Assembly (NCBI GenBank): GCA_002397465.1
Contig: DHAP01000034.1
Coordinates: 1,506-65,505, forward strand
DNA from: Bacillales bacterium UBA4951
GTDB lineage: Bacteria > Bacillota_I > Bacilli_A > RFN20 > CAG-826
Length of the DNA stretch: 64,000 nucleotides
Direction: 5' to 3'
Positions 37,412 to 48,949 of this stretch are shown here, one piece after another. Below the pieces are notes generated by a model. It searched no databases and was not told the DNA's origin. It worked only from the letters and a program-made list of their open reading frames with translations. Position numbers and translations under genes: made by a program. Positions within the stretch are counted from its first letter, which is position 1, and every line of letters begins with the position of its first letter.

Positions 37412-39064
37412 TTATACGTCCGCGTAGCAGGAACCGCCAATGAACTCCCTCATCAGGGAATTCGACGGCACCCACACGTCGGGCATATCAGTGAAGAACT
37501 TCAACATCCTGAGCAATCTTTCGGCATCAGGATAATAAGGAGATTCAACGCCGATGGCGCTAAGAAGCGGCATGGCGTATTTTTTCATGACTGGCAACTC
37601 GTAAGGCAAGAAGGAATTGAAGACATAATCGCAGCCTTCCTGAGTCGAATAGATCCATTTGAACTCACCGGCTCTGACCTTCGGCCACATCTCAAGCGTC
37701 TCTTCGGCAGGGGAGGAACGGAATTTGCTGTCCCTGACCAGCCTTCTTAAAAGCCTAAGGTCGGTCAACGAAAGCGGATTGTGGTCATCAAGGTTGATCT
37801 GGGCTTGCGGGGAGATGAAGATCTTGAACTTTTGGTTCTTTGGGATCGAGGTGGTCAATTTGTCGTTGAGGGCATGGATGCCTTCGATGATGATTGGCTC
37901 TTCAGGCCCGAGCTTCAACTTTCTTCCGGGGACGCGATGTCCGACGGTGAAATCGAATTTCGGAAGCTCTGTCTCCTCACCGTTGATGAGGTCGAGCATG
38001 TTTTGGTTGAAGTATTCGATGTCGAGGGCATCGATGGTCTCGTAGTCTTGCTTCCCATCTTCGCCAAGAGGAATCTCTTCTTTGGTTTTGTAATAGTCAT
38101 CGATGGAAATACGGATCGGGCGGATTCCTCTTGAGAGGAGCTCGATCCTAAGACGGTTGGCGAATGTTGTTTTGCCAGAGCTCGATGGCCCGGCGACGCA
38201 GATGAGTTTGACGTTGGAGATGTCATCCTCGATCAACTGGCCAAGCTCGGCGAGCATACGGTTGTGGCGGTCTTCGCAAACGTTGATGAATTCGACCGGT
38301 CCGGCCGTTTTGATTTCCTCGTTGATGCGGGCGACGGTGTCGACTCCGACGACTTTGGCCCAGTCATGGCTCTCTTTGAGGGTCCTTCCGAAAGTCGGGG
38401 CATCCTCAAATTCCGGTATCTTGCCTCCGCATTCGCTTCTTGGGTACTGGATAAGGAATCCAGGGGTATAAAGCCTGAGCTTGTATTGCTTGACGTAGCC
38501 AGTCGAAGGAACGAGGTGGCTGTACATATAATCGAGGAATCCGTTGCATTCATAAAGGTGGACGGTTTTCTCAGGACGGTAAGAAAGAATGTCGAGTTTG
38601 TCCTGATAGCCTTTCTTTTTGTAGATGTCGGCCGCTTCCTCATTGGAGACGACCATGCGTTTGAGTTTGTAATCCGCTTTGACGATTTTCTCAATCTCGT
38701 GGTTGATTTTGATGAGCATGGCGGTGGTTGAGACCGTGTGGGGATCAAGAAGGTGGATCGAGACGCAGCGGCTGACGTTGTAGGCGAAACGGATTTTCAG
38801 GGTTGGATAGCACTCATGAAAAGCCATGGCCACGACATAACGAAGGGAGGCTTCGTATATCTTCATTCCCTCATGGTCGGCGACCGTGAGGAACTCGACG
38901 TCGCAATCATAATAGATTTCGTATGTCAGTTCCCTGAGACGATGGTTGACTTTGGCGCAGATGTATTCTTTTTTATTAGGATCGTTTTCTGGGATGAGGT
39001 CTTCGAGTGAGACCTTCTTCTCGAAAGTGGCAGATTTGCCTAAATAATTGACTGTGAATTTCAT
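37412..39064 (-). CDS. Uridine/nucleoside kinase family protein with long N-terminal TGS/ThrRS-like extension
   Basis: P-loop GPSSSGKTTFANRL in a PRK/uridine-kinase-like C-terminal half. The ~280-aa N-terminal domain is typical of the ~550-aa 'uridine kinase' proteins of Clostridia and Mollicutes. Confidence 0.65.
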   Translation of the reverse strand: MKFTVNYLGKSATFEKKVSLEDLIPENDPNKKEYICAKVNHRLRELTYEIYYDCDVEFLTVADHEGMKIYEASLRYVVAMAFHECYPTLKIRFAYNVSRCVSIHLLDPHTVSTTAMLIKINHEIEKIVKADYKLKRMVVSNEEAADIYKKKGYQDKLDILSYRPEKTVHLYECNGFLDYMYSHLVPSTGYVKQYKLRLYTPGFLIQYPRSECGGKIPEFEDAPTFGRTLKESHDWAKVVGVDTVARINEEIKTAGPVEFINVCEDRHNRMLAELGQLIEDDISNVKLICVAGPSSSGKTTFANRLRIELLSRGIRPIRISIDDYYKTKEEIPLGEDGKQDYETIDALDIEYFNQNMLDLINGEETELPKFDFTVGHRVPGRKLKLGPEEPIIIEGIHALNDKLTTSIPKNQKFKIFISPQAQINLDDHNPLSLTDLRLLRRLVRDSKFRSSPAEETLEMWPKVRAGEFKWIYSTQEGCDYVFNSFLPYELPVMKKYAMPLLSAIGVESPYYPDAERLLRMLKFFTDMPDVWVPSNSLMREFIGGSCYADV

Positions 39065-39251
39065 ATTGGTTTCTTCTATTGCCCAAATGTGGGCGGTGCA
39101 CCATTCTAGAGGATATTGTTAAGCGTTGCAAGCGCTTTCATTAATTTTCTTTCTCATGGTTCCTTTCGTTGACAATGATTGTAATATTACTAGGCGCATG
39201 CGCGCTAAAAAAGTGGTTTCACAATCTTGAAATTCATGTAAAATTGAATTT

Positions 39252-39800
39252 ATGAAAAGACTCTTGGTCATCGTCGACTACCAAAACGACTTCATCACCG
39301 GGCCCCTCGGTTTCCCTAAGGCTAAAAAATATTACGAACGCATCAAGTCTCTGATAAACGAATTTTCCTCAAATGGGGATGAGATTGTTTTCACACGCGA
39401 CGTCCACGATGAAGATTATCTCCACACCGAAGAAGGAAGAAACCTTCCGATCATCCATTGTCAGAGGGGGAGCGAGGGAACCAAATTCTATGGCGATCTC
39501 GAAAAAATTAGTGAGAACTATCCGGTCTATGAAAAAGATACCTTTGGCTCTCCCGAATTAGCAAAGGACCTATTGGGCAAAGACTATTCGGAAATCGTTT
39601 TTTGCGGGGTTGATCTTTCGATATGCGTTCTCTCCAACGCCATCCTCGCTAAAAGCGTTTCGCCAAATTCTCATGTGGTGGTCGATCTCTCAGCCAGCGG
39701 CAGCGGGGATAAAAAAGACGAGGAGGTCGCCATCAACACCATGGAACACCTCCAAATCGAAGTCTGTGACCTCTCAAAGCCGCAGAAAAACTATTTGTGA
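39252..39800 (+). CDS. Isochorismatase-family cysteine hydrolase (nicotinamidase-like)
   Basis: LLVIVDYQNDF (catalytic Asp region) and VFCGVDLSICV (nucleophile Cys). Confidence 0.7.
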   Translation: MKRLLVIVDYQNDFITGPLGFPKAKKYYERIKSLINEFSSNGDEIVFTRDVHDEDYLHTEEGRNLPIIHCQRGSEGTKFYGDLEKISENYPVYEKDTFGSPELAKDLLGKDYSEIVFCGVDLSICVLSNAILAKSVSPNSHVVVDLSASGSGDKKDEEVAINTMEHLQIEVCDLSKPQKNYL

Positions 39801-39825
39801 AGAAAAGCGAGACCGATTAATGAGC

Positions 39826-39850
39826 ATTCCCCTTAGGGGAATTTTATTTC
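39826..39850 (+). terminator. Rho-independent terminator after the hydrolase gene
   Basis: attcccc-tta-ggggaat followed by tttatttc. Confidence 0.65.
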
Positions 39851-39858
39851 TAGGTTCG

Positions 39859-39890
39859 TTGACATTCACTCTTAAAAAACCTACGATAAT
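39859..39890 (+). promoter_or_regulatory. Putative atp operon promoter
   Basis: Perfect -35 TTGACA (39859-39864). The -10 candidates are TACGAT (17-nt spacer) or GATAAT (20-nt spacer). Confidence 0.4.
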
Positions 39891-39926
39891 CCTACGGATG
39901 TTCCGAAAGGAACTCTAGAAAAATCT

Positions 39927-40406
39927 ATGGCTCAATGGTACATGAAACTCAACGTTCAGAAAAAAGCTCTTTTTCTCATGGCCATGGTGGCTTTGGGCGG
40001 CTTCTTGATCATGATACCCCTTTTCTTTTTGACCACCGACAGCGGGTATCCTTTGGGATCCTTGCCATTAGGGTGGCTTCTTGGGAGCGTCATCGAGCTA
40101 TTGGCCTATTCGACGATCATCATGATGAGCAACGCCATCACGGCGAGTCAGAACAAAACGACTGGGATGGCCGCAGGCCTTGCCCTAGGCTCTCATTTCG
40201 TTAGATTCATTTTGTATTTGGCCGGCTTATTGATCAGTGCCATCTGCACCTTCAAAAGCGAATGGTTCGGAGGCTTCAACGCCTTCTCGTTCTATACCTG
40301 CGCCGCCGCCTACCTTCCGATGCTGTTCATCGTCCTTTTCACGCAATTCCGCGAGACGAGGCAGCTTCCTATAGAAACCATCAAGAACGAGGATGAAACT
40401 AAATGA
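39927..40406 (+). CDS. atpI: ATP synthase protein I-like small membrane protein
   Basis: Four hydrophobic helices. Sits directly upstream of atpB and overlaps it (ATGA). Confidence 0.5.
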   Translation: MAQWYMKLNVQKKALFLMAMVALGGFLIMIPLFFLTTDSGYPLGSLPLGWLLGSVIELLAYSTIIMMSNAITASQNKTTGMAAGLALGSHFVRFILYLAGLLISAICTFKSEWFGGFNAFSFYTCAAAYLPMLFIVLFTQFRETRQLPIETIKNEDETK

Positions 40407-41260
40407 TCACCATCCTTGCTGATACCGAAATGACCTATATGGACCGTATCTCCCAGATGTTTGATTGGGAGATGGATGGCCCGCTTTATTCCTCGTTAAT
40501 CGTCATGCTCATCGTTCTCATCTTTGCCATCATCATCGGCATCAGAGCCCGCATTGGCCTAAAAAGAAAAGAATATCTTGATAGGCCCCATGGCATTTTA
40601 ATGGTTGGCGAATGGTACGCCGAATTCTGCCAAAACTTCGCCACGAAGAACATGGGCGCCTCCTTTGTCGACATGGGCGGGTATTTCATGACTTTGTTTG
40701 CCTATCTCTTCATCGCCTTCAATTGGGGCCTCACCGGCATGCCGTCCATCATCGACTGGCTGGCCGCTCCGCTCTCATTGGCCCTTATCATGTTCGTCTT
40801 GATCCAATTCAACGGCCTGAGGTTCCAACATTGGCACTATTTCCATCGTTACGTCGAGCCTATCGCCATCTTCTTACCGATCAACTTGGTGACTATGTGG
40901 ACTCCTATCATCTCCACGACGATGCGTCTATTGGGCAACTGCCTTAGCGGTACCATCATCATCGGCTTGGTGCAGTGGGCGCTCGGCGCAGCCAGCGATG
41001 CCCTCTTCGGATCGCTTTCGACCCTAGCCTATTCAAACTACATTCCATTCTGGGACGTCAGTCAGTCATACGCATGGACGAGCATTTGGCTCGCTCCGGC
41101 CGTGATGGGCGTCCTCAACATTTACTTCAGCTTATTCTCGGCGTTCGTCCAGACAACCGTCTTCTCGACGCTGACCGCCCTTTGGATCGCCCAGGAGAAG
41201 CCGGCTGAAGAACAGCCTTCGCTAACTTCTGACGCCCCAAGGCTTCAAGGCCAGGAATAA
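40403..41260 (+). CDS. atpB: F0F1 ATP synthase subunit a
   Basis: Essential Arg motif MRLLGNCLSGTII, a polytopic protein, and its operon position. Confidence 0.85.
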   Translation: MITILADTEMTYMDRISQMFDWEMDGPLYSSLIVMLIVLIFAIIIGIRARIGLKRKEYLDRPHGILMVGEWYAEFCQNFATKNMGASFVDMGGYFMTLFAYLFIAFNWGLTGMPSIIDWLAAPLSLALIMFVLIQFNGLRFQHWHYFHRYVEPIAIFLPINLVTMWTPIISTTMRLLGNCLSGTIIIGLVQWALGAASDALFGSLSTLAYSNYIPFWDVSQSYAWTSIWLAPAVMGVLNIYFSLFSAFVQTTVFSTLTALWIAQEKPAEEQPSLTSDAPRLQGQE

Positions 41261-41288
41261 GGACCAAATTTCACAAGGAGGAAAAACT

Positions 41289-41531
41289 ATGAGTTTGGGT
41301 TTAGTCGCTATCGCAGCCGCGATTTGTGTCGCCTTCGGATGCCTCTCCGCAATCGGTGAGAGTCTCATCTGCTGCCACGCCATCGATGGAATGGCGAGAA
41401 ACCCTGAGATGCAGGGCAAGCTTCAGTCAACGATGATCGTCGCCGTCGCTCTCGACGAATCGACCGCCATTTACTGCTTGATCGTCGCCATTCTTATTCT
41501 CTTCATCCTTGGCTCCAAAGCCACGGCCTAA
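41289..41531 (+). CDS. atpE: F0F1 ATP synthase subunit c
   Basis: 80-aa two-helix hairpin with loop ARNPE and carboxylate motif ALDESTAIY. Strong RBS (AAGGAGGA). Confidence 0.9.
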   Translation: MSLGLVAIAAAICVAFGCLSAIGESLICCHAIDGMARNPEMQGKLQSTMIVAVALDESTAIYCLIVAILILFILGSKATA

Positions 41532-41540
41532 GGAAAACAT

Positions 41541-42098
41541 ATGAGGAGTTTATTCACCCTCATATTGGTTGACTCGCAGCCATTCACTCCGGAGGATTTC
41601 CTCAAGAAGCTCTTTCCGAACTTTTGGAGCTTTTTGATCAACCTCATCGCCTTGATCATTCTTTTCATCTTGGTTTATTGGATCGCCTATAAGCCCCTCA
41701 AGAAATACATCCAGGCCCGCAAGGACTACGTGGAGCATAACATCAGGGACTCTGAGAGAGCCAAAGCCATCAACGAAAAGAAAGTCGCGGAAGGGGACAA
41801 AATCATCTCCGACGCCAAGGGTGAGGCCAATAACATCATCCTTAAGGCCAAATCCGACGCCACCGTTTCGGCGGAAGGCATCGTGAATTCCGCCAAGGCC
41901 GAAGCCCAAGAAAGGCAAAAGGCCGCTGACGAAGCCATCAAACAAGCCGAAGCCAAGTCCAAGAAAGCCATCCATGACGAAATCGTCAATGTGGCAATGG
42001 ACGCCAGCAAGGCTGTTTTGGGCCGCGAAGTCACTTCCAAAGACAATGCCAAATTGATCGATGATTTCACATCGGGGGTCAAGAAAGATGGCAAATAG
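41541..42098 (+). CDS. atpF: F0F1 ATP synthase subunit b
   Basis: Single N-terminal TM helix followed by a long charged Ala/Lys/Glu helix, in the expected operon position. Confidence 0.8.
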   Translation: MRSLFTLILVDSQPFTPEDFLKKLFPNFWSFLINLIALIILFILVYWIAYKPLKKYIQARKDYVEHNIRDSERAKAINEKKVAEGDKIISDAKGEANNIILKAKSDATVSAEGIVNSAKAEAQERQKAADEAIKQAEAKSKKAIHDEIVNVAMDASKAVLGREVTSKDNAKLIDDFTSGVKKDGK

Positions 42099-42642
42099 AG
42101 GGAGCTATCAGGTTTATGCCGAAGCCCTTTTTTCCTTGGCACAAGAGGAAAGGAAGGTCAAAGAATACCAGTCTGAACTCAACAAAATCCGTGATGAGTT
42201 TGAGTCTAGACCCGATCTTTTGAATGTCCTTTCCTCTTATGCCATCGACAAGAAATCGCTTTATGAGCTATCTGACAAGCTCTTCTCTTCACCGACGTGC
42301 CCATCATTATCAGGGTTCATGAAAGTGCTGATCTCCCATCATTTGATCAGCCATTTCGCGGATGTCGAGGATGCCTTCCATTCATTGAGCAACGAGAGCT
42401 TAGGAATCAAAGAAGGAATCGTTTATTCGACTGAGCCTCTTAATAAAGAGGACATCGCCAACGTAGAAAAAGCCTTGGAGAGCCGTCTTAACAGCAAAGT
42501 CTATCTTACTAACCGCGTAGACAAAGGCCTCATCGGGGGCCTTAAGGTCGCCATCGACGGCAAAGTGTTCGATGGCTCCATCGAGAACAGGGTCGAAGCC
42601 CTGCGCGAGAAGCTTCTAAAACAAGCAGGAGGAGAATTATGA
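42088..42642 (+). CDS. atpH: F0F1 ATP synthase subunit delta (OSCP)
   Basis: [13 protein letters not shown]-terminus and a [16 protein letters not shown]-terminal motif. ATG at 42088 overlaps the end of atpF. Confidence 0.8.
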   Translation: MANRGSYQVYAEALFSLAQEERKVKEYQSELNKIRDEFESRPDLLNVLSSYAIDKKSLYELSDKLFSSPTCPSLSGFMKVLISHHLISHFADVEDAFHSLSNESLGIKEGIVYSTEPLNKEDIANVEKALESRLNSKVYLTNRVDKGLIGGLKVAIDGKVFDGSIENRVEALREKLLKQAGGEL

Positions 42643-44144
42643 ACATTCAGGCTGGCGAGATTAGCGCCCTTATCAAAGAAGAAATCAAATCGTTCAAGGG
42701 CCAACTTGAAAGCGACGACGTCGGAACCGTCATATCGGTCGGCGACGGGATTGCCCTCATATATGGTTTGAAGAACGCCATGCTCGGAGAGCTTCTGCTT
42801 TTCCCACATGACATCTTCGGCATGGTCATGAACCTCAACGTCGACGATGTCGGCGCGGTCTTGCTTGGCGAGGACGTCAAAATCAAAGAAGGCGACACCG
42901 TCAAGAGAACCGGCAAAGTGGTGGAAGTCCCGGTCGGCGACGGAATGCTCGGAAGAGTCGTTTCCTCCTTGGGCGCCCCGATTGACGATTTGGGTCCTAT
43001 ATCATATACAAAGACACGCCCAATCGAAAGAATCGCTCCGGGCGTCATGAAAAGAAAATCGGTCGACACCCCGCTTGAGACCGGCATAAAAGCCATCGAT
43101 TCCATGATTCCTATCGGGCGTGGTCAGCGTGAGCTTATCATCGGCGACCGTCAGACTGGCAAGACCTCCATCGCCATCGACGCCATCGTCAATCAGCGTG
43201 GCAAAAACGTCAAATGCGTCTACGTCGCCATCGGCCAGAAGAATTCTTCCGTCGCCTCTTTGGTGAACAAGCTTAAAGAAAAGCACTGCTTTGATTACGT
43301 GACCGTCGTCAACGCCTCGGCCTCAGAACCGGCTCCGCAGCAATACATCGCCCCGTTCGCCGGCATGGCCATCGCCGAGGAATGGATGGAAAGCGGCCAA
43401 GACGTTCTTATCGTCTTCGATGACCTTTCCAAACACGCCGTCGCTTATAGAACTTTGTCATTGCTCTTAAGAAGGGCTCCAGGACGTGAGGCTTACCCAG
43501 GCGACATTTTCTACCTCCATTCAAGGCTTCTTGAAAGAGCTTGCAAACTTGCCCCTGAATTCGGAGGCGGCTCCATTACCGCCCTTCCGATCATCGAGAC
43601 CCAGGCCGGAGACATCTCCGCCTATATTCCTACCAACGTCATCTCCATCACCGATGGTCAGATCTTCCTCGTGAGCGATTATTTCGCCGCCGGGCAAAGA
43701 CCAGCCGTCGATTCGGGCTTCTCCGTCAGCCGTGTCGGCTCGGCCGCGCAGGTCAAAGCCATGAAGCAAGTCGCCGGATCATTGAAGATCGAGCTTGCCA
43801 ACTACCGTGAGAATCTTTCTTTCTCCCAGTTCGGCAGCGACCTCGACCCTGAGACCAAGAAGATTCTTACCCATGGCGCCGTCGTCACCGAGGCTTTGAA
43901 ACAAGTCAACTTCGCCCCTCTTAGCATGGAGACGGAAATCATGGAGCTTTTCGCGGTCAAAAACCGTTACCTCGATGATCTCAAACTCGAGGACGTCAAC
44001 CCGTTCCTTGAAGGAATGTGCGACTACATCAAAGACAATCACAAAGAGCTCATCGACGAATTGAAGAGCAAAAAGATTTTCTCGCCAGAACTTGAGGCTT
44101 CCTTCAAGAAAGCCATTGAGGACTACAAACTCTCGAGGCAATAG
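42639..44144 (+). CDS. atpA: F0F1 ATP synthase subunit alpha
   Basis: P-loop [13 protein letters not shown], with conserved alpha-subunit sequence throughout. Confidence 0.95.
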   Translation: MNIQAGEISALIKEEIKSFKGQLESDDVGTVISVGDGIALIYGLKNAMLGELLLFPHDIFGMVMNLNVDDVGAVLLGEDVKIKEGDTVKRTGKVVEVPVGDGMLGRVVSSLGAPIDDLGPISYTKTRPIERIAPGVMKRKSVDTPLETGIKAIDSMIPIGRGQRELIIGDRQTGKTSIAIDAIVNQRGKNVKCVYVAIGQKNSSVASLVNKLKEKHCFDYVTVVNASASEPAPQQYIAPFAGMAIAEEWMESGQDVLIVFDDLSKHAVAYRTLSLLLRRAPGREAYPGDIFYLHSRLLERACKLAPEFGGGSITALPIIETQAGDISAYIPTNVISITDGQIFLVSDYFAAGQRPAVDSGFSVSRVGSAAQVKAMKQVAGSLKIELANYRENLSFSQFGSDLDPETKKILTHGAVVTEALKQVNFAPLSMETEIMELFAVKNRYLDDLKLEDVNPFLEGMCDYIKDNHKELIDELKSKKIFSPELEASFKKAIEDYKLSRQ

Positions 44145-44146
44145 GA

Positions 44147-45007
44147 ATGGGGCTCGGCTTAAGCAAAACCAAACATCGTATCCAGGCCGTCAAAGGGACT
44201 GAGAAGATCACGAAGTCGATGGAACTCATCGCCACCGTGAAACTCAAACAGTTCCGCGACGCTTACGAGAAAACAAACGCCTACACCGATGAGTATGCCA
44301 AACTCATGGCCGAGCTTTTCGCGCACGACACCGAGACAGGAAGCCATTATGGCAAGCCGAATGAAGACGTCAAAAGCTGTCTCTTCATCGTCATTTCCTC
44401 TGATTTGGGCTTATGCGGCAGCTACAACAACGAACTCTTCAAATGGGTCAATAAATGTGCGACTGAGAACGACGTGATCGCCCCGATAGGGAGCAAAGCC
44501 GTCCACCATTATTCCCACGATGAGAGATTCAAGAACATCAACCACGATTTCGAGTCGCTTTCTCTAGGAAGCCTCGATTTGTCGAAGATTCATTCCTTGT
44601 GCTCCAGGCTCAAGGATTCGTTCAACGCCAAACGCTACTCGAGGATCTACATGATCTTCACCCATTACGTCAATTCCATCACCTTTGCCCCAACGAGATT
44701 CCAGCTTCTCCCGGTGCAGGTGAAACAGAGCAAATGGGAGAACGAGACCTATTGCCCGCCTCTATTCGATGAGCCCCCGAGAACGATGATCCATCGTTTC
44801 ATGGACGATTACCTCTCAGCCGTCTTCTATGGAAGGCTGGTCGAAAGCGAACTATCGGAGCAAGCCTCAAGAAGAACCGCGATGGATAACGCCAACGACA
44901 ACGCCGATAGAATGTTGCAAGAGCTGACGATTGAATACAACAAAGCCAGGCAGAACGCCATAACCCAGGAGATTACCGAGGTTGTGAGCGGGGCCTCGGC
45001 CAACTAG
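44147..45007 (+). CDS. atpG: F0F1 ATP synthase subunit gamma
   Basis: N-terminal IQAVKGTEKITKSMELIA and C-terminal NKARQNAITQEITEVVSGA. Confidence 0.9.
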   Translation: MGLGLSKTKHRIQAVKGTEKITKSMELIATVKLKQFRDAYEKTNAYTDEYAKLMAELFAHDTETGSHYGKPNEDVKSCLFIVISSDLGLCGSYNNELFKWVNKCATENDVIAPIGSKAVHHYSHDERFKNINHDFESLSLGSLDLSKIHSLCSRLKDSFNAKRYSRIYMIFTHYVNSITFAPTRFQLLPVQVKQSKWENETYCPPLFDEPPRTMIHRFMDDYLSAVFYGRLVESELSEQASRRTAMDNANDNADRMLQELTIEYNKARQNAITQEITEVVSGASAN

Positions 45008-46812
<1,805 letters not shown>

Positions 46813-46854
46813 AAAAGACTCTATAATGTTTGGGAACAAACAAAGAGGATAATT

Positions 46855-48078
46855 ATGAACTTCATCTTCATCTCTCCTAATTTCCCACCCCGTTACTTCA
46901 AATGGGTTGAAGCCTTAAAAGACCATGGCGTCACTGTTTTAGGCATTGGCGACTCACCTGAATACGATGTCCACCCACGTTTACAAAAATCCTTGAGCGA
47001 ATATGTTTTCGTCGATGATCTCTCCTCTTTTGAGAAGATGCTTGCAGCTTGCAAGTATTATGAGAAGAAATACGGCCGCATCTCCTTCATCGAAAGCGAC
47101 AACGAGTGGTGGCTTTACATGGATTCCCGTCTCCGCGAAGCCATGAACGTCACCTCGGGGTTCTTCCCGAAAGAGATGGAACGCATCAAAGCCAAGTCCG
47201 CGATGAAGGAATGCTTCAACAAAGGCGGGGCCAAGACGATGCGTTACACGTTGCTAGACGGCCCTAAAGACCTCGAGAAAGCCAAGACATTCATCAAGGA
47301 AGTCGGCTATCCGGTCTTTGTTAAGCCAAACGTCGGCGTCGGCGCCAGCGATTCTTTTGCCATTCATAATGACGAAGAATTGGGCAAGTTCCTTTCCAAG
47401 CCCTTAAGCGAAACCTACATAATGGAGGAATTCATCAAAGGGTTCATCGTTTCCTTTGATGGGGTCTGCGATTCTAAATCAAACGTCGTTTTCTGCACGA
47501 GCGATCATTTCATGACCCCGATCGCGACGGTCGTCAATGACAACACCGACTATTATTATTACAACAACCCCTTTGCCCTTCCTTTTCATGACATCGATGG
47601 CAAGGACTTCGAAAAAGTCGGGAGAGCGGTGGTCAAAGCCTTCGGCATCAGACAACGTTTCTTCCACATCGAGTTCTTCGTCTTGACGGAAGATAAGCCA
47701 GGCTTCGCCAAGAAAGGCGAATTCGTGGCCCTTGAGTGCAACATGAGACCGGCCGGCGGCTTTACTCCTGACCTCATAGACTACGCGAACTCGGTCAGCT
47801 GTTATGAAATCTGGGCCGATATCGTCTGCTTTGACGAGAACCGCCAGAATATGTCGCTCCCGAAATACTATGCCTTCGCATCTCATAGAAAGGATATCAT
47901 CGCCTATAAAAACACCCGTGATGCCATCCTTGGCAAATATGGGACGAACCTTTGCATGAGCGGCCGCTACCCAGCCCACATGGCCCTAGCGATGGGGGAC
48001 GAGTACTATTACGCCAAATTCAGCGATTTCGAAGAAGGACTGGCTTTTGACAAGTTCGTCCGTGAGCGAAAAGACTAA
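46855..48078 (+). CDS. ATP-grasp domain protein of unknown specificity
   Basis: N-terminal MNFIFISPNFPPRY...VLGIGD pre-ATP-grasp region. The central YPVFVKPNVGVGASD and ECNMRPAGG resemble ATP-grasp ligases. It starts 42 nt after atpC with no intervening terminator. Confidence 0.65.
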   Translation: MNFIFISPNFPPRYFKWVEALKDHGVTVLGIGDSPEYDVHPRLQKSLSEYVFVDDLSSFEKMLAACKYYEKKYGRISFIESDNEWWLYMDSRLREAMNVTSGFFPKEMERIKAKSAMKECFNKGGAKTMRYTLLDGPKDLEKAKTFIKEVGYPVFVKPNVGVGASDSFAIHNDEELGKFLSKPLSETYIMEEFIKGFIVSFDGVCDSKSNVVFCTSDHFMTPIATVVNDNTDYYYYNNPFALPFHDIDGKDFEKVGRAVVKAFGIRQRFFHIEFFVLTEDKPGFAKKGEFVALECNMRPAGGFTPDLIDYANSVSCYEIWADIVCFDENRQNMSLPKYYAFASHRKDIIAYKNTRDAILGKYGTNLCMSGRYPAHMALAMGDEYYYAKFSDFEEGLAFDKFVRERKD

Positions 48079-48863
48079 CTGGCAAAATAAGAACTGAGGA
48101 GGGCGAGGCCCTCCTCTTTTTTTGCCTCGTTGTAGTTTTCTATGCCAATAGAGAGAGTGCCGGCTTCATGAGGAAGGGAAGAATCGCTTTCAAAAGAAGC
48201 TGATTCCTCCTCATCGAGGTGCTCGATGTCAAAGAGGAGAAGGCTCTTGGAACTGTTCTTCCCAAGAGAGACTATATCGGACAAATACGATAAAGAATCA
48301 TCGGAATAATCGAAGAAATATATTGGGGTGTCATCGCTTTTTTCGCCCAATAAAGTGGAGTAATGATAGACGAAAGACAAGCCACTGGAATTCTTTACTT
48401 GGCCCGAAACGAAATTGTCGAGGTACTTCCTCGAGACGTTTCCGGAGGCGACGACGGTTTTGAAAGACTCCGAAAGATAGAAAAGGGTCGGGGTCCCGAA
48501 TGATGACCAATCGTAGGAGGAATAATACTCTTTCAAAGAGTCAAAACCCGAATCGCTGGCAAAATCTGTGATAGAGACGTAATTGATGTAATTGTCCTGG
48601 GCCCAGGAAAGGAAGGTCGGCTCAAAAGAGAGACAATGAGAACAGGATGAGGAGGTGAGGCAGAAAAACACCCCGACATCGAGTTTGGCCAAGGCTATTC
48701 CTTCATCGACGCTCAGCGAAGAAGAATAGGCTTCATAGGTGGCATTAAGCTTTTTCACGCCCATCTCGGCGTTATGGATCAGATAGATGTCTTCTTTCGT
48801 AGACGAGCAAGAGGAAAGAAGAAGCGGCAAGATGGCAATGAAGGGCAGAAACGCTTTTTTCAT
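48075..48863 (-). CDS. Thioredoxin-like CxxC lipoprotein
   Basis: Lipobox LLLSSC. The CSHC motif sits in the context FFCLTSSSCSHCLSFEP. ATG at 48863 is preferred over GTG at 48866. Confidence 0.55.
   Translation of the reverse strand: MKKAFLPFIAILPLLLSSCSSTKEDIYLIHNAEMGVKKLNATYEAYSSSLSVDEGIALAKLDVGVFFCLTSSSCSHCLSFEPTFLSWAQDNYINYVSITDFASDSGFDSLKEYYSSYDWSSFGTPTLFYLSESFKTVVASGNVSRKYLDNFVSGQVKNSSGLSFVYHYSTLLGEKSDDTPIYFFDYSDDSLSYLSDIVSLGKNSSKSLLLFDIEHLDEEESASFESDSSLPHEAGTLSIGIENYNEAKKEEGLALLSSYFAS
48096..48123 (+). terminator. Strong rho-independent terminator closing the atp/ATP-grasp unit
   Basis: gaggagggc-gag-gccctcctc followed by TTTTTTT. It lies inside the 3' end of the convergent minus-strand CDS. 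Confidence 0.8.
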
Positions 48864-48949
48864 CACATTAATATAGCGGAATTTTCTTCATTATGCCGAA
48901 AAATCCATCATTAAGTGCTAAGATATCCCTATCTTGAAAGGTTTTGTCT

